A stretch of 52,819 nucleotides of DNA from Alphaproteobacteria bacterium (GCA_046269335.1 JBKACM010000001.1:1-52819); one strand, 5' to 3'; numbered from the stretch's first letter, positions 44,753 to 52,819 are shown. Numbers and translations are program-made. The notes: generated by a model from the sequence alone, not told the origin.

Positions 44753-46375
44753 TCAGTGTGGTACCGCCAGCGCCGCAAAGAAATCGTTGCCCTTGTCGTC
44801 AACGATGATGAACGCCGGGAAATCCTCCACCTCGATCCGCCAGATGGCTTCCATACCCAGTTCCGGATACTCCAGAACCTCCACCTTCTTGATCGACTGC
44901 TGGGCAAGCTGCGCCGCCGCCCCGCCGATGGAGCCGAGATAGAACCCGCCGTGCTTCTTGCAGGCATCGGTCACGGCCTTGGAACGGTTGCCCTTGGCCA
45001 GCATGACCATGGACCCGCCATTAGCCTGGAACAGATCCACGTAGCTGTCCATGCGCCCGGCGGTGGTGGGACCAAACGAGCCGGAAGCCATGCCGGAAGG
45101 CGTCTTGGCCGGCCCGGCGTAGTAGACGGCGAGTTGCTTGAAGTAGTCCGGAAGCCCCTGGCCGGAGTCGAGACGTTCCTTCAGTTTCGCGTGGGCGATG
45201 TCGCGGGCGACGATCATCGGCCCACTCAGCAGCACCCGCGTCTTGATGGGATACTGACTGAGGGTGCGCCGGATCTCCTCCATCGGCCGGGTAAGATCGA
45301 TTTTGACCACATCCCCGGACAGTTTCTCGCCACGGACTTCCGGCAGATAGCGGGCCGGATCGGTCTCAAGTTGTTCCAGGAACACACCGTCATGGCTGAT
45401 CTTGCCGATAATCTGGCGATCGGCGGAACAGGAGACGCCGATTCCCACCGGCACCGAGGCCCCGTGCCGGGGCAGGCGGATGACCCGGACGTCATGGCAG
45501 AAGTATTTGCCACCGAACTGGGCCCCGATCCCGGACTTGCGAGTCAGTTCCAGAACTTTTGCTTCCAATTCCACATCACGGATGGCGTGACCGGCCTTGG
45601 TACCGGTGGTCGGCAAACCGTCCAGATACCGGGCCGAGGCCAGCTTCACGGTCTTCAGATTGACCTCGGCCGAGGTCCCGCCGACGACGATGGCAAGATG
45701 GTAGGGCGGACAGGCCGAGGTACCAAGCCCCAGAAGCTGCTCGTTGATGAACTTGACCAGACTCTCGGGGTTGAGCAGTGCCTTGGTCTGCTGGAACAGA
45801 TAGGTCTTGTTGGACGACCCCCCACCCTTGGCCATGAACAGGAACTTGTAATAGCTGCCCTCGGTGGCGAACAGGTCAATCTGCGCCGGCAGGTTATTGC
45901 CGGTATTGACCTCGTCGTACATGGACAACGGAGCCATCTGGGAATAGCGGAGATTGAGCGATGTGTAGGCCTCGGCGATGCCCTCGGACAGCGCCAGGGC
46001 ATCGTTGCCGTCGGTCCAGATGCGCTGACCCTTCTTGCCCATGACGATGGCGGTACCGGTATCCTGGCACATCGGCAGGACCATGCCAGCGGCGATATTG
46101 GCGTTCTTCAACAACTCCAGGGCCACGAAACGGTCATTGTCGGAAGCTTCCGGGTCATCGACGATGTTGCGAAGCTGCTGCAAGTGCCCAGGCCGCAGAA
46201 GGTGAGAGACGCTGCGAAAGGCTTCCTTGGCCAGAAGGGTCAGAGCCGCCGGGGCCACGGTAACGATCTCCTTCCCCCGGAAGGTATCACTCCCGACGTG
46301 GTCGGACGTAAGCTTGGTGTAGGGCGTCGTATCTTCGCCCAACGGAAACATCTCGGCAAACGCGGCCTCAACCAT
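44753..46375 (-). CDS. fumA: class I (Fe-S) fumarate hydratase
   Basis: 540 aa with the FumA/FumB-type sequence (PMCQDTGTA ..., the C-terminal beta-domain [12 protein letters not shown] ... LAKGNRS). A GAGAGGGGAGGGGG-rich stretch precedes the ATG. Confidence 0.93.
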   Translation of the reverse strand: MVEAAFAEMFPLGEDTTPYTKLTSDHVGSDTFRGKEIVTVAPAALTLLAKEAFRSVSHLLRPGHLQQLRNIVDDPEASDNDRFVALELLKNANIAAGMVLPMCQDTGTAIVMGKKGQRIWTDGNDALALSEGIAEAYTSLNLRYSQMAPLSMYDEVNTGNNLPAQIDLFATEGSYYKFLFMAKGGGSSNKTYLFQQTKALLNPESLVKFINEQLLGLGTSACPPYHLAIVVGGTSAEVNLKTVKLASARYLDGLPTTGTKAGHAIRDVELEAKVLELTRKSGIGAQFGGKYFCHDVRVIRLPRHGASVPVGIGVSCSADRQIIGKISHDGVFLEQLETDPARYLPEVRGEKLSGDVVKIDLTRPMEEIRRTLSQYPIKTRVLLSGPMIVARDIAHAKLKERLDSGQGLPDYFKQLAVYYAGPAKTPSGMASGSFGPTTAGRMDSYVDLFQANGGSMVMLAKGNRSKAVTDACKKHGGFYLGSIGGAAAQLAQQSIKKVEVLEYPELGMEAIWRIEVEDFPAFIIVDDKGNDFFAALAVPH

Positions 46376-46474
46376 ATCCTGCCCCCTCCCCTCTCAATTA
46401 TTGTGTCGACAGCCCATCCTCCCTCCGCCCCTCGTCAGGGCGGACGGGAAACCGGCAGACCCGGCTGCCACTAC

Positions 46475-47023
46475 CTATTTTTTGCGGAAGGTGTCAAGGG
46501 CGATGACCTTGCCACCGGCATCGCCACCGGCCGGAGGTGCAGCGATGGACTTCTCGGTGGGCTCACCCCCGGGATCACTCTCCCCGGGGGGCTCCTCGAA
46601 CAGGGAAAGGGGAAGCTCCAGACTGGTATCCACGACGTACTGCAACTTGAAACGCGCCGAAGGATCGGCGAAGGCCACGATAGAGGCGAAAGGTATATGG
46701 AGACGCTCGCCGATCTTGTTGAAGCTCAAGGTGACCTCGAAGTGGTCCTCCCCGACCTCCAGGCCCCAGAATTGATTCTCCAGGACGATGGTCATCTCCT
46801 CCGGGTGCCTGATGACCAGATGCGGAGCCATCTCGACCCCGGGGTAGCGGGTTCGGAAAGCGATGTAGAAGTGGTGCCCACCTATCAGCCCCTGACGCTC
46901 GGTAACCCTCAGCGCCTCCCGGACCACGTTGCGCAGGGCCGCATCCATCATCCGACCGTAGTCCAGTCTGTGGATTTTCTGATCCGCCACGGAACCGCCA
47001 TCCCCCACAACAAAACACCCCAC
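46475..47023 (-). CDS. sspB: ClpXP adaptor SspB, alphaproteobacterial type
   Basis: The core (ALRNVVREAL ... GGHHFYIAFRTRYPGV ... EEMTIVLENQFWGLEV ... FEVTLSF) matches the SspB-alpha family as I recall the Caulobacter protein. A flexible linker and a C-terminal ClpX-binding-like tail (VIALDTFRKK) follow. The true start is probably GTG 46990, because 47011-47049 looks like the tmRNA terminator. Confidence 0.85.
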   Translation of the reverse strand: MGCFVVGDGGSVADQKIHRLDYGRMMDAALRNVVREALRVTERQGLIGGHHFYIAFRTRYPGVEMAPHLVIRHPEEMTIVLENQFWGLEVGEDHFEVTLSFNKIGERLHIPFASIVAFADPSARFKLQYVVDTSLELPLSLFEEPPGESDPGGEPTEKSIAAPPAGGDAGGKVIALDTFRKK

Positions 47024-47026
47024 AAA

Positions 47027-47345
47027 GTCGACGGGACCGAGTCGTCGACGTGAGGAAGAATAAGGTGGGAGGCTTCTGTTGCCCGGTGCCTCCCGGACCG
47101 CGCTTACCTAATTAGGCAGCGAGCGCCATTTCGTTATCGTTGGCACTTTTGAGTTGGCCCGATGACGGCGGAACCATGCCGAGCACACTCCAAGTCTTTA
47201 CCACGCGCGTCGATCCTGTTTCGCCCCCAGGGACCCTCCGCCAACCGGCCGGAGGGAAAATCTGGTGGAGGCGCCGGGTACCGCCCCCGGGTCCGCTACG
47301 CTTATTCCAAATGGAATTTAGCGCCATAGTCGGGTCACCCCGACG
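47027..47345 (-). ncRNA. ssrA: two-piece (circularly permuted) tmRNA gene, tag peptide ANDNEMALAA
   Basis: On the minus strand the acceptor piece ends ...GGAC-CCGGG-GGCGGTA-CCCGG-CGCCTCC-ACCA (3' A at 47263). A 34-nt intervening hairpin follows (47229-47262). The coding piece starts GGGGGCGAAACAGGATCGACGCG at 47228. GGGGGCG pairs with CGCCUCC, including the G3:U70 alanine identity pair. The tag frame GCC AAC GAT AAC GAA ATG GCG CTC GCT GCC TAA occupies 47144-47112. A hairpin plus T-rich tract lies at 47049-47011. The 5' and 3' ends given are approximate. Confidence 0.85.
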
Positions 47346-47350
47346 CGGTC

Positions 47351-47356
47351 ATTATA
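47351..47356 (-). promoter_or_regulatory. candidate -10 box (TATAAT) for ssrA
   Basis: A perfect TATAAT on the minus strand lies about 7 nt upstream of the predicted acceptor-piece 5' region (GTCGGGGTGACCCGAC...). The -35 is weak (TTTTCT-like at 17-18 nt spacing). Confidence 0.4.
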
Positions 47357-47580
47357 GAACGACCGCAACGGGGAGAAAAGGTCTCTATTTTTCGCGTTGG
47401 CGGCAGTGTGTGGCGACTGGCGACGGAATGTGCTAGACCCGCGCCATGAGTTCGAGATTTTCACGCATCATGCGACTCAGGATGATCCTGGCCTTGTGCC
47501 GCCGTGCAGATATTTTGACCCATGGTCAAAATATGCACATACGGCCGCTCACGCGCCGCGCAGGCTTTACCAGCGAGTCG

Positions 47581-48627
47581 ATGAGTCAACTCATCGGCTC
47601 GCTGGTATTAATTCTGGCGCTGTCCTCCGGCTGCGCATCCGGGACAGTCTGGGCTGACGCCGAACCCGATACCGGTGCCGACCCTACCCTGACGTTTCCG
47701 GTCAAGTGCCAGGTGGATCGGGATTGCTGGCTTTCCCGCTACGTCGACGTCGTCAGGGACCCCGCGCGCGAAGCCCGGGACTACGGCTGTGGACTCCTCA
47801 GCTATCACGGCCACAAAGGTACCGACATCGCCATTGTCGATGAGAAGGCGATGGCCAGGGGGGTCCCGGTGGTGGCTGCCCTGGACGGCCCCGTGGTCCG
47901 AACCCGGGACGGCATGGCGGATTTCAACACCCGCGCCCCCGGGGCCCCTCCGATCAAGGATCGGGAATGCGGCAACGCGGTCGTCATGCAGCACGGAAAG
48001 GACTGGGAAATCCAGTACTGCCACCTGCGGCGGGACAGCGTCCTGGTCAAGCCGGGGCAGAGAGTCAAGGCCGGCGAAACATTGGCCCTGGTGGGCGAGT
48101 CCGGGGATGCCCCCTACCCCCACCTCCATTTCGAGGTCCGCTACAAGGGGGCTCCGGTGGATCCCTTCTCCGGCCGCAACTCGACCGGAACCTGCGGTAT
48201 CGGGCCTCACCCGCTGTGGAAGATGGAGGTCCTGAAATCGCTGCCCTATCATCCCGTAGCCCTGTTTACCGCCGGGTTCGCCAGCGTCGCTCCCAACGAC
48301 GTCGCCGCGATCCAGGGCCGATACAACACCGAGACGTTTCCTGCCGATGCGCCGGTCATGTACCTCTGGGCCGAGTTCTTCGGCACCCGACAGGGAGACA
48401 CCGCCCGTTTCCTGCTGAGAGGGCCGGATGGCAGGCCCGCCGAAACCAAGGTCGTTCTGGATACGGGCAAGACACCGGAGCGTTTCGCCACCCTGCCGGT
48501 ACAGCGCACCGGCAGCCGCTGGCCCAAGGGCCGGTACCGGCTGGAAGTCTCCCTGACCCGCAGCAGCGGCAACGGGCTGGCCGACAGCGGCGTCGTTACC
48601 CTCTCCAAGGAAATCACCATTCCATGA
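47581..48627 (+). CDS. secreted M23-family metallopeptidase
   Basis: It has M23 motifs (YHGHKGTDIA ... VVMQHGKDWEIQYCHL ... GESGDAPYPHLHFEV) followed by a ~150-aa C-terminal domain of unknown type. I start it at ATG 47581 to give the signal-like MSQLIGSLVLILALSSGCASG. The upstream starts 47446 and 47533 remain possible. Confidence 0.82.
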   Translation: MSQLIGSLVLILALSSGCASGTVWADAEPDTGADPTLTFPVKCQVDRDCWLSRYVDVVRDPAREARDYGCGLLSYHGHKGTDIAIVDEKAMARGVPVVAALDGPVVRTRDGMADFNTRAPGAPPIKDRECGNAVVMQHGKDWEIQYCHLRRDSVLVKPGQRVKAGETLALVGESGDAPYPHLHFEVRYKGAPVDPFSGRNSTGTCGIGPHPLWKMEVLKSLPYHPVALFTAGFASVAPNDVAAIQGRYNTETFPADAPVMYLWAEFFGTRQGDTARFLLRGPDGRPAETKVVLDTGKTPERFATLPVQRTGSRWPKGRYRLEVSLTRSSGNGLADSGVVTLSKEITIP

Positions 48628-48953
48628 GCGGGATCCGCGGTGCTTCGCTACTACCGCTCGCGGGGTTTCTTGTCGTTGCCTGCACCACGCCGCCGCCTCG
48701 CTGGACCCGCGTGGACACCACGGTGGGCGAGGCCCGCCACGACCTCGCCTCATGCCGACGCAACGCCGACCAAGCCGTTACCCGCCCCCGGGGGGCCGAC
48801 CCGGACCTGGACCGGGACACGGGACCAGCGGGAGGCGACAGCAACCCGCTGCGACTCTATGACATCGATCGTTCAGAACGGGCGTTTCTTCGCGCGGTCG
48901 ACGACTGCATGCGCAGCCTCGGGTACTCCGAGTTGCTCACGAAGCGACGTTAA
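48624..48953 (+). CDS. small putative lipoprotein (109 aa), hypothetical
   Basis: It is embedded in tracked ORF 47967..48953. Its ATG at 48624 overlaps the stop of the M23 gene (ATGA). The N-terminus MSGIRGASLLPLAGFLVVAC fits a lipobox (VVAC). Confidence 0.55.
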   Translation: MSGIRGASLLPLAGFLVVACTTPPPRWTRVDTTVGEARHDLASCRRNADQAVTRPRGADPDLDRDTGPAGGDSNPLRLYDIDRSERAFLRAVDDCMRSLGYSELLTKRR

Positions 48954-48996
48954 GGCGCGCCGCTCACCGAGGCCGCCGCTCATCTACCTGTCGACT

Positions 48997-49632
48997 TTAC
49001 ACCAGGAAGCTGATCTGCTGGCTGGACACGCCGCCGGTAACGATGTTGACGATGCCGGTACTCGACTTCGCCCGGTCCTCCTCCTGCGCGTGGAAGCCCT
49101 CCAGAACCGGAGACACGGTGAACGGCTCGCGCACCGCCGCTCCGACGTCCGCGCTTTTCCCGTCGGAGGACCCCTCGGCATTCTGGTTCAGGAAAGACCG
49201 GGCCGCAGACGACAGCGTCAGGTTGACCGCCGGTGCCGGGACCACCTTCGCCGGAGTTGCGTCCGCCCCCTCCCGGGCGGCGGCATATCTGGCCTCCACG
49301 TGGCCACGTATATCCTGGGCACGTATCTGACCCGACTCCGCCCCCAGAGATGCGGCGACACCACCATTCCCTTGCCGTAGAAGCTGCCCGATGGCGGCGC
49401 TGGAAAGCGTAACCACGTCCCTGACGCCCACCGGCGCACCTTCCTCCGGAAGCGCGCGCAGGGGAGAATCGGACGCGGACGCCCCGGCCCGCCCCGTCAA
49501 CTCCGCCCGTGGAGCAAGCACGCCGTCACGGGGTGACGCAAGCACACCGTCGCGGGGCGACGGCTGAACCATATTCTGGGCCGCAGCATAGGAAGCTATG
49601 TTCTGCGAACTGGTCAGAGATATCGTCGACAT
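48997..49632 (-). CDS. hypothetical low-complexity protein with tandem SPRDGVLA repeat
   Basis: About 211 aa counted from the ATG at 49632 (MSTISLTSSQ...). It is Ala/Gly/Ser-rich with no family recognised, and contains a 24-nt tandem duplication (49514-49561). Coding status is plausible from GC3 bias but unproven. Confidence 0.5.
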   Translation of the reverse strand: MSTISLTSSQNIASYAAAQNMVQPSPRDGVLASPRDGVLAPRAELTGRAGASASDSPLRALPEEGAPVGVRDVVTLSSAAIGQLLRQGNGGVAASLGAESGQIRAQDIRGHVEARYAAAREGADATPAKVVPAPAVNLTLSSAARSFLNQNAEGSSDGKSADVGAAVREPFTVSPVLEGFHAQEEDRAKSSTGIVNIVTGGVSSQQISFLV

Positions 49633-49730
49633 GACCACCACCACTCAACCGGAGCAAAACCGGGGGGCTTTCAGGGACTTCAAATCTCTTAACAATCTAT
49701 CAACGATTCCTGACAAGACACTGACGGAAT

Positions 49731-49768
49731 CAAAGGACAAATTGGGGGCCGGGTTTATCCGGCCGCCC
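49731..49768 (-). terminator. probable intrinsic terminator downstream of the cyclophilin gene
   Basis: On the minus strand GGGCGGCCGG-ATAAAC-CCGGCCCCC (6 + 3 bp stem with one bulge) is followed by AATTTGTCCTTTGATT. Confidence 0.5.
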
Positions 49769-49776
49769 ATGGTGGC

Positions 49777-50337
49777 CTACTTCGAAACGTCCGCCGCAAC
49801 CCTCATCCTGACGATCTTGTCGGGATCGGTCACCGCGCCGTTCTGGAAGGTGCTGCCCTTTTTGATCTTGTCCACGTTCTCCATCCCCTCGACCACCTGT
49901 CCCCAGATGGTGTACTGACCGTCCAGCGAAGGAGCCGGCTTGAAGCAGATAAAGAACTGGCTGTCGGCGCTATCGGGATTACTGGCGCGCGCCATCGACG
50001 CGGTACCACGGACGTGCCTGGCCTTGCCGGGCGAGCTGAACTCCGCCTTCAGCTTCTTGCCAGAACCACCAGTCCCATTGCCCTTCGGATCCCCGGTCTG
50101 GGCCATGAACCCCTCGATCACCCGGTGGAAAAGCAGGCCGTCGTAAAACCCTTCCCGGGTCAACTCCTTGATCCTGGCCACATGATTGGGCGCAAGATCC
50201 GGACGCAGCTCGATCGTCACCGGCCCACTCGCCAGTTCCAGAATCAGCGTGTTCTCCGGATCGCCGGCCAAAGCCTCACTGGTCTCCATCGTCATCATCC
50301 CCAAGAGTGCAAGCAACAGGCCCATCACGTATTTCAT
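49777..50337 (-). CDS. periplasmic cyclophilin-type peptidyl-prolyl isomerase
   Basis: 186 aa counted from the ATG at 50337, giving the signal peptide MKYVMGLLLALLGMMTMETSEALA. It has the cyclophilin motifs FHRVIEGFMAQTGDP and SMARASNPDSADSQFFI. Confidence 0.92.
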   Translation of the reverse strand: MKYVMGLLLALLGMMTMETSEALAGDPENTLILELASGPVTIELRPDLAPNHVARIKELTREGFYDGLLFHRVIEGFMAQTGDPKGNGTGGSGKKLKAEFSSPGKARHVRGTASMARASNPDSADSQFFICFKPAPSLDGQYTIWGQVVEGMENVDKIKKGSTFQNGAVTDPDKIVRMRVAADVSK

Positions 50338-50371
50338 TGTCAAACCCTTGTCCAGGAAAGATGTTTCAGCA

Positions 50372-50893
50372 TCAGCCCGCCACCACCGGCACTCCCAGTC
50401 CATAACGCTTCAACAAAGCCTGGTGAACACGGGGGGAAACGAAGGAGGAAATGTCGCCACCCAGCCGGCCGATTTCCTTCACGAACCGGGAGGAAATGAA
50501 CTGGCATCGCTCCGACGCCATCAGAAATACGGTCTCGATATCGCCACAAATCCGGGTGTTCATCGCCGCCATCTGAAATTCGTACTCGAAATCCGATACC
50601 GCCCGAAGGCCACGGACGATGACCTGCGCTTCACACTGCCGCACGAAATCCATCAACAGCACCGAGAACGGAAGCACATCCACCCGCGCCCCGTTGGGCA
50701 GCGGCATGGCGGCGATCTCGTCCTTGACCATCGCCACCCGATCCTCCAGAGAGAACAGCGGTCCTTTACCGTCGTTGCCGGCCACGGCCACGATCAGACG
50801 GTCCACGACACGGGTGGCTCGCAGAATGATATCGAAATGGCCATTGGTTATCGGGTCAAAAGTCCCCGGGTAGACACCAATATGGTCAGCCAT
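50372..50893 (-). CDS. coaD: phosphopantetheine adenylyltransferase
   Basis: 173 aa with the N-terminus GVYPGTFDPITNGHFDII (HxGH nucleotidyltransferase motif) and the ISSRFVKEI motif. Confidence 0.95.
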   Translation of the reverse strand: MADHIGVYPGTFDPITNGHFDIILRATRVVDRLIVAVAGNDGKGPLFSLEDRVAMVKDEIAAMPLPNGARVDVLPFSVLLMDFVRQCEAQVIVRGLRAVSDFEYEFQMAAMNTRICGDIETVFLMASERCQFISSRFVKEIGRLGGDISSFVSPRVHQALLKRYGLGVPVVAG

Positions 50894-52819
50894 TCACCCC
50901 CTCCTCCCCCGGCCCGTCCGGGGGAATGCCTCCCCCCTCGCCATCGTTTTCGCTTTCGTTTTCGTTCATGTCGGCGAGTCGAACAGCCGACACCACCCAT
51001 TCGTCCCCGGCGGTCCGGAACAAGGTGACCCCCTGGGTATTGCGCCGGGCGATCCGGATATCATCCACCGGAACACGGATCAACTGCGCCGCATTGGTGA
51101 CCATCACGATCTGGTCCGAGTGACCGATGGGGAAGGAGGCCACGACGGCACCGTTGCGACGTGACGTCTCGATGCTGACGATGCCCTGCCCACCCCTGCC
51201 GGTGACCCTGTATTCGTAGGCGGAGGTCCGTTTGCCATAGCCGTTCTCGGTGATGGTAAGGACGAACTCCTCGGCCGAGGCCATCTGTTCGAGCCGCTCC
51301 TGGGAAAGCCTGGCAACCTCTCCCCCCGATCCCTCGACATCGGAGGCTTCCTCCTCCCCGCCTTCCACGGCGTCCATGGCCTCGCCGCCGGTCTCCACAT
51401 CCTCCACGACGGCACGGGAAAGCCTCAGGTAGGCGGCCCGCTCCTCCGGACCATATTCGGTATGGGCCAGCATGGACATGGAGATGACCCGGTCTCCCTC
51501 GGCAAGCCGGATCCCTCGCACCCCGGTAGAGGTCCTGCCCGCAAACACCCGGACATCGGTCACCGCGAAACGGATGCATTTGCCACTGTGGGTAGAGAGG
51601 AGAACGTCATCCCGGTCGGTGCAGGTCAGCACCGAAATCAGGCTGTCGCCCTCGTCCAGCTTCATGGCGATCTTGCCGTTGACCATGACGTTGGTGAAGT
51701 CGGAAAGCTGATTGCGCCGCACATTGCCGGTAGCAGTGGCAAACATCACGTTCAGCTCGGCCCACTGCGTCTCGTCCTCGGGCAAGGGCATGACGGCGGT
51801 GATGGTCTCACCCTCCTCCAGCGGCAGCAGGTTGACCATGGCCTTGCCCCTGGCCTGAGGGGTACCCAGGGGCAGCCTGTAGACCTTGAGCTTGTAGGCC
51901 TGGCCGCGGGAGGAGAAGAATAGTACCGGGGCATGCGTACTGGCGACGAACAGACCGGTGACGAAGTCCGCCTCGCGAACGTTCATGACACTGCGGCCCT
52001 TGCCACCGCGTCGCTGCGCCCGATAGGCCGACAGCGGGACCCGCTTGATGTAGCCGGTATTGGTGACCGTGACCACCATGTCCTCGCGCTGGATCAGGTT
52101 CTCGATGTCGGGCTCGAACTCGGTCTGCTCCAGGGCCGTGCGCCGCTCGGTGGCGAACTGCTCGCGGATCGCTACCAGCTCGGCCCTCAGAATTTCGTAC
52201 AACCGCTTCCGGGACGAGAGGATGTGCAGGTACTCCTCGATCTCCACCCCGATTTCCCGCAGTTCCTGGTGGATCTTGTCCCGCTCCAACCCGGTCAGGC
52301 GATGCAGGCGAAGATCCAGGATGGCCCGGGCCTGGGCTTCCGAAAGCCGGTAACGCCCCTCCACCACCTCCCGTCCCGGCTCGTCGATCAACTGGATCAG
52401 GGGCTCGACGTCCGAAGCCGGCCAGTCACGGGCCATCAGTTGTTCGCGGGCGGTCGCGGGATCGGGAGCGGCCCGGATCAGCCGGATCACCTCGTCAAGA
52501 TTGGCAACGGCGATGGCCAACCCCACCAGGGTATGCGCCTTGTCCCGCGCCTTGCCGAGTTCAAAGACGGTACGCCGACGGATGACCTCTTCACGGAAAC
52601 CGACGAAGGCGACGATGATGTCCTTCAGGGTCAGCAGTTCCGGCCGCCCGCCGCGCAGGGCCAGCATGTTGACCCCGAAACTGGTCTGGAGCGGCGTGAA
52701 GCGGTAGAGCTGATTCAGAACCACCTCGGCCGAGGCGTCGCGCTGCTGCTGGGGTTGGCATTCAAACTGGATTACATGGATTTCCAGTGGCTGGCGCTTG
52801 CGCTCTATTTGATGTTTCT
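50886..52819 (-). CDS. gyrA: DNA gyrase subunit A, 5'-incomplete at the window edge
   Basis: The product matches GyrA from the tower/coiled-coil region (VVLNQLYRFTPLQTSFGVNMLAL ...) through the beta-pinwheel C-terminal domain and an acidic tail. The frame stays open to position 52819, so the tracked start at 52724 is only an internal GTG. See the finding about the last ~65 nt. Confidence 0.9.
   Translation of the reverse strand, partial: KHQIERKRQPLEIHVIQFECQPQQQRDASAEVVLNQLYRFTPLQTSFGVNMLALRGGRPELLTLKDIIVAFVGFREEVIRRRTVFELGKARDKAHTLVGLAIAVANLDEVIRLIRAAPDPATAREQLMARDWPASDVEPLIQLIDEPGREVVEGRYRLSEAQARAILDLRLHRLTGLERDKIHQELREIGVEIEEYLHILSSRKRLYEILRAELVAIREQFATERRTALEQTEFEPDIENLIQREDMVVTVTNTGYIKRVPLSAYRAQRRGGKGRSVMNVREADFVTGLFVASTHAPVLFFSSRGQAYKLKVYRLPLGTPQARGKAMVNLLPLEEGETITAVMPLPEDETQWAELNVMFATATGNVRRNQLSDFTNVMVNGKIAMKLDEGDSLISVLTCTDRDDVLLSTHSGKCIRFAVTDVRVFAGRTSTGVRGIRLAEGDRVISMSMLAHTEYGPEERAAYLRLSRAVVEDVETGGEAMDAVEGGEEEASDVEGSGGEVARLSQERLEQMASAEEFVLTITENGYGKRTSAYEYRVTGRGGQGIVSIETSRRNGAVVASFPIGHSDQIVMVTNAAQLIRVPVDDIRIARRNTQGVTLFRTAGDEWVVSAVRLADMNENESENDGEGGGIPPDGPGEEGVNG

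Noticed and set aside
47112-47327. 71-aa minus-strand ORF ending in ANDNEMALAA.
   Set aside because: It is not a protein gene. Its last ten codons are the tmRNA tag reading frame, and the rest of the ORF runs through the tRNA-like and spacer parts of ssrA.

Overview
This window is a high-GC (roughly 60-65% by eye) chromosomal core region of an alphaproteobacterium, Rhodospirillales-like in gene order. It is almost entirely housekeeping. From the left: serA, two hypothetical genes, a KimA-like K+ transporter, a secreted metallophosphoesterase coupled to a coiled-coil membrane protein, a soluble CZB-type chemoreceptor, and gltBD-pheA. Next come folK, a NYN/LabA protein, a family-5 uracil-DNA glycosylase, a sulfite-oxidase-like oxidoreductase, smpB, dapA and a lytic transglycosylase. 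These are followed by an M23-peptidase/bactofilin operon and pgpA-cinA. The long, conserved minus-strand translation/envelope cluster then runs rpsB-tsf-pyrH-frr-uppS-cdsA-dxr-rseP-bamA-skp-lpxD-fabZ-lpxA-lpxI-lpxB-ftsB-lipA-SRPBCC. The right end holds a second chemoreceptor, class I fumarase, sspB(alpha), an M23 peptidase with a small lipoprotein, a repeat-containing hypothetical, a cyclophilin, coaD and a 5'-incomplete gyrA. I found no CRISPR array, IS element, prophage, rRNA, tRNA or recognisable defence island. The most useful results not visible in the ORF track are five. (1) A circularly permuted two-piece tmRNA gene (tag ANDNEMALAA) sits immediately upstream of sspB and has an unusual T-loop. 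(2) lpxA is split by a single-base frameshift inside an 11-nt homopolymer. (3) A ~115-nt nested inverted-repeat element fills the smpB-downstream spacer. (4) An orphan minus-strand intrinsic terminator in a gene-free spacer suggests an sRNA. (5) Codon bias and GyrA conservation both break abruptly in the last ~65 nt of the window. I see no convincing novel multi-gene system. The candidates for function discovery are the bactofilin/M23 module, the phosphoesterase/coiled-coil pair and the two hypotheticals next to serA, all scored modestly.
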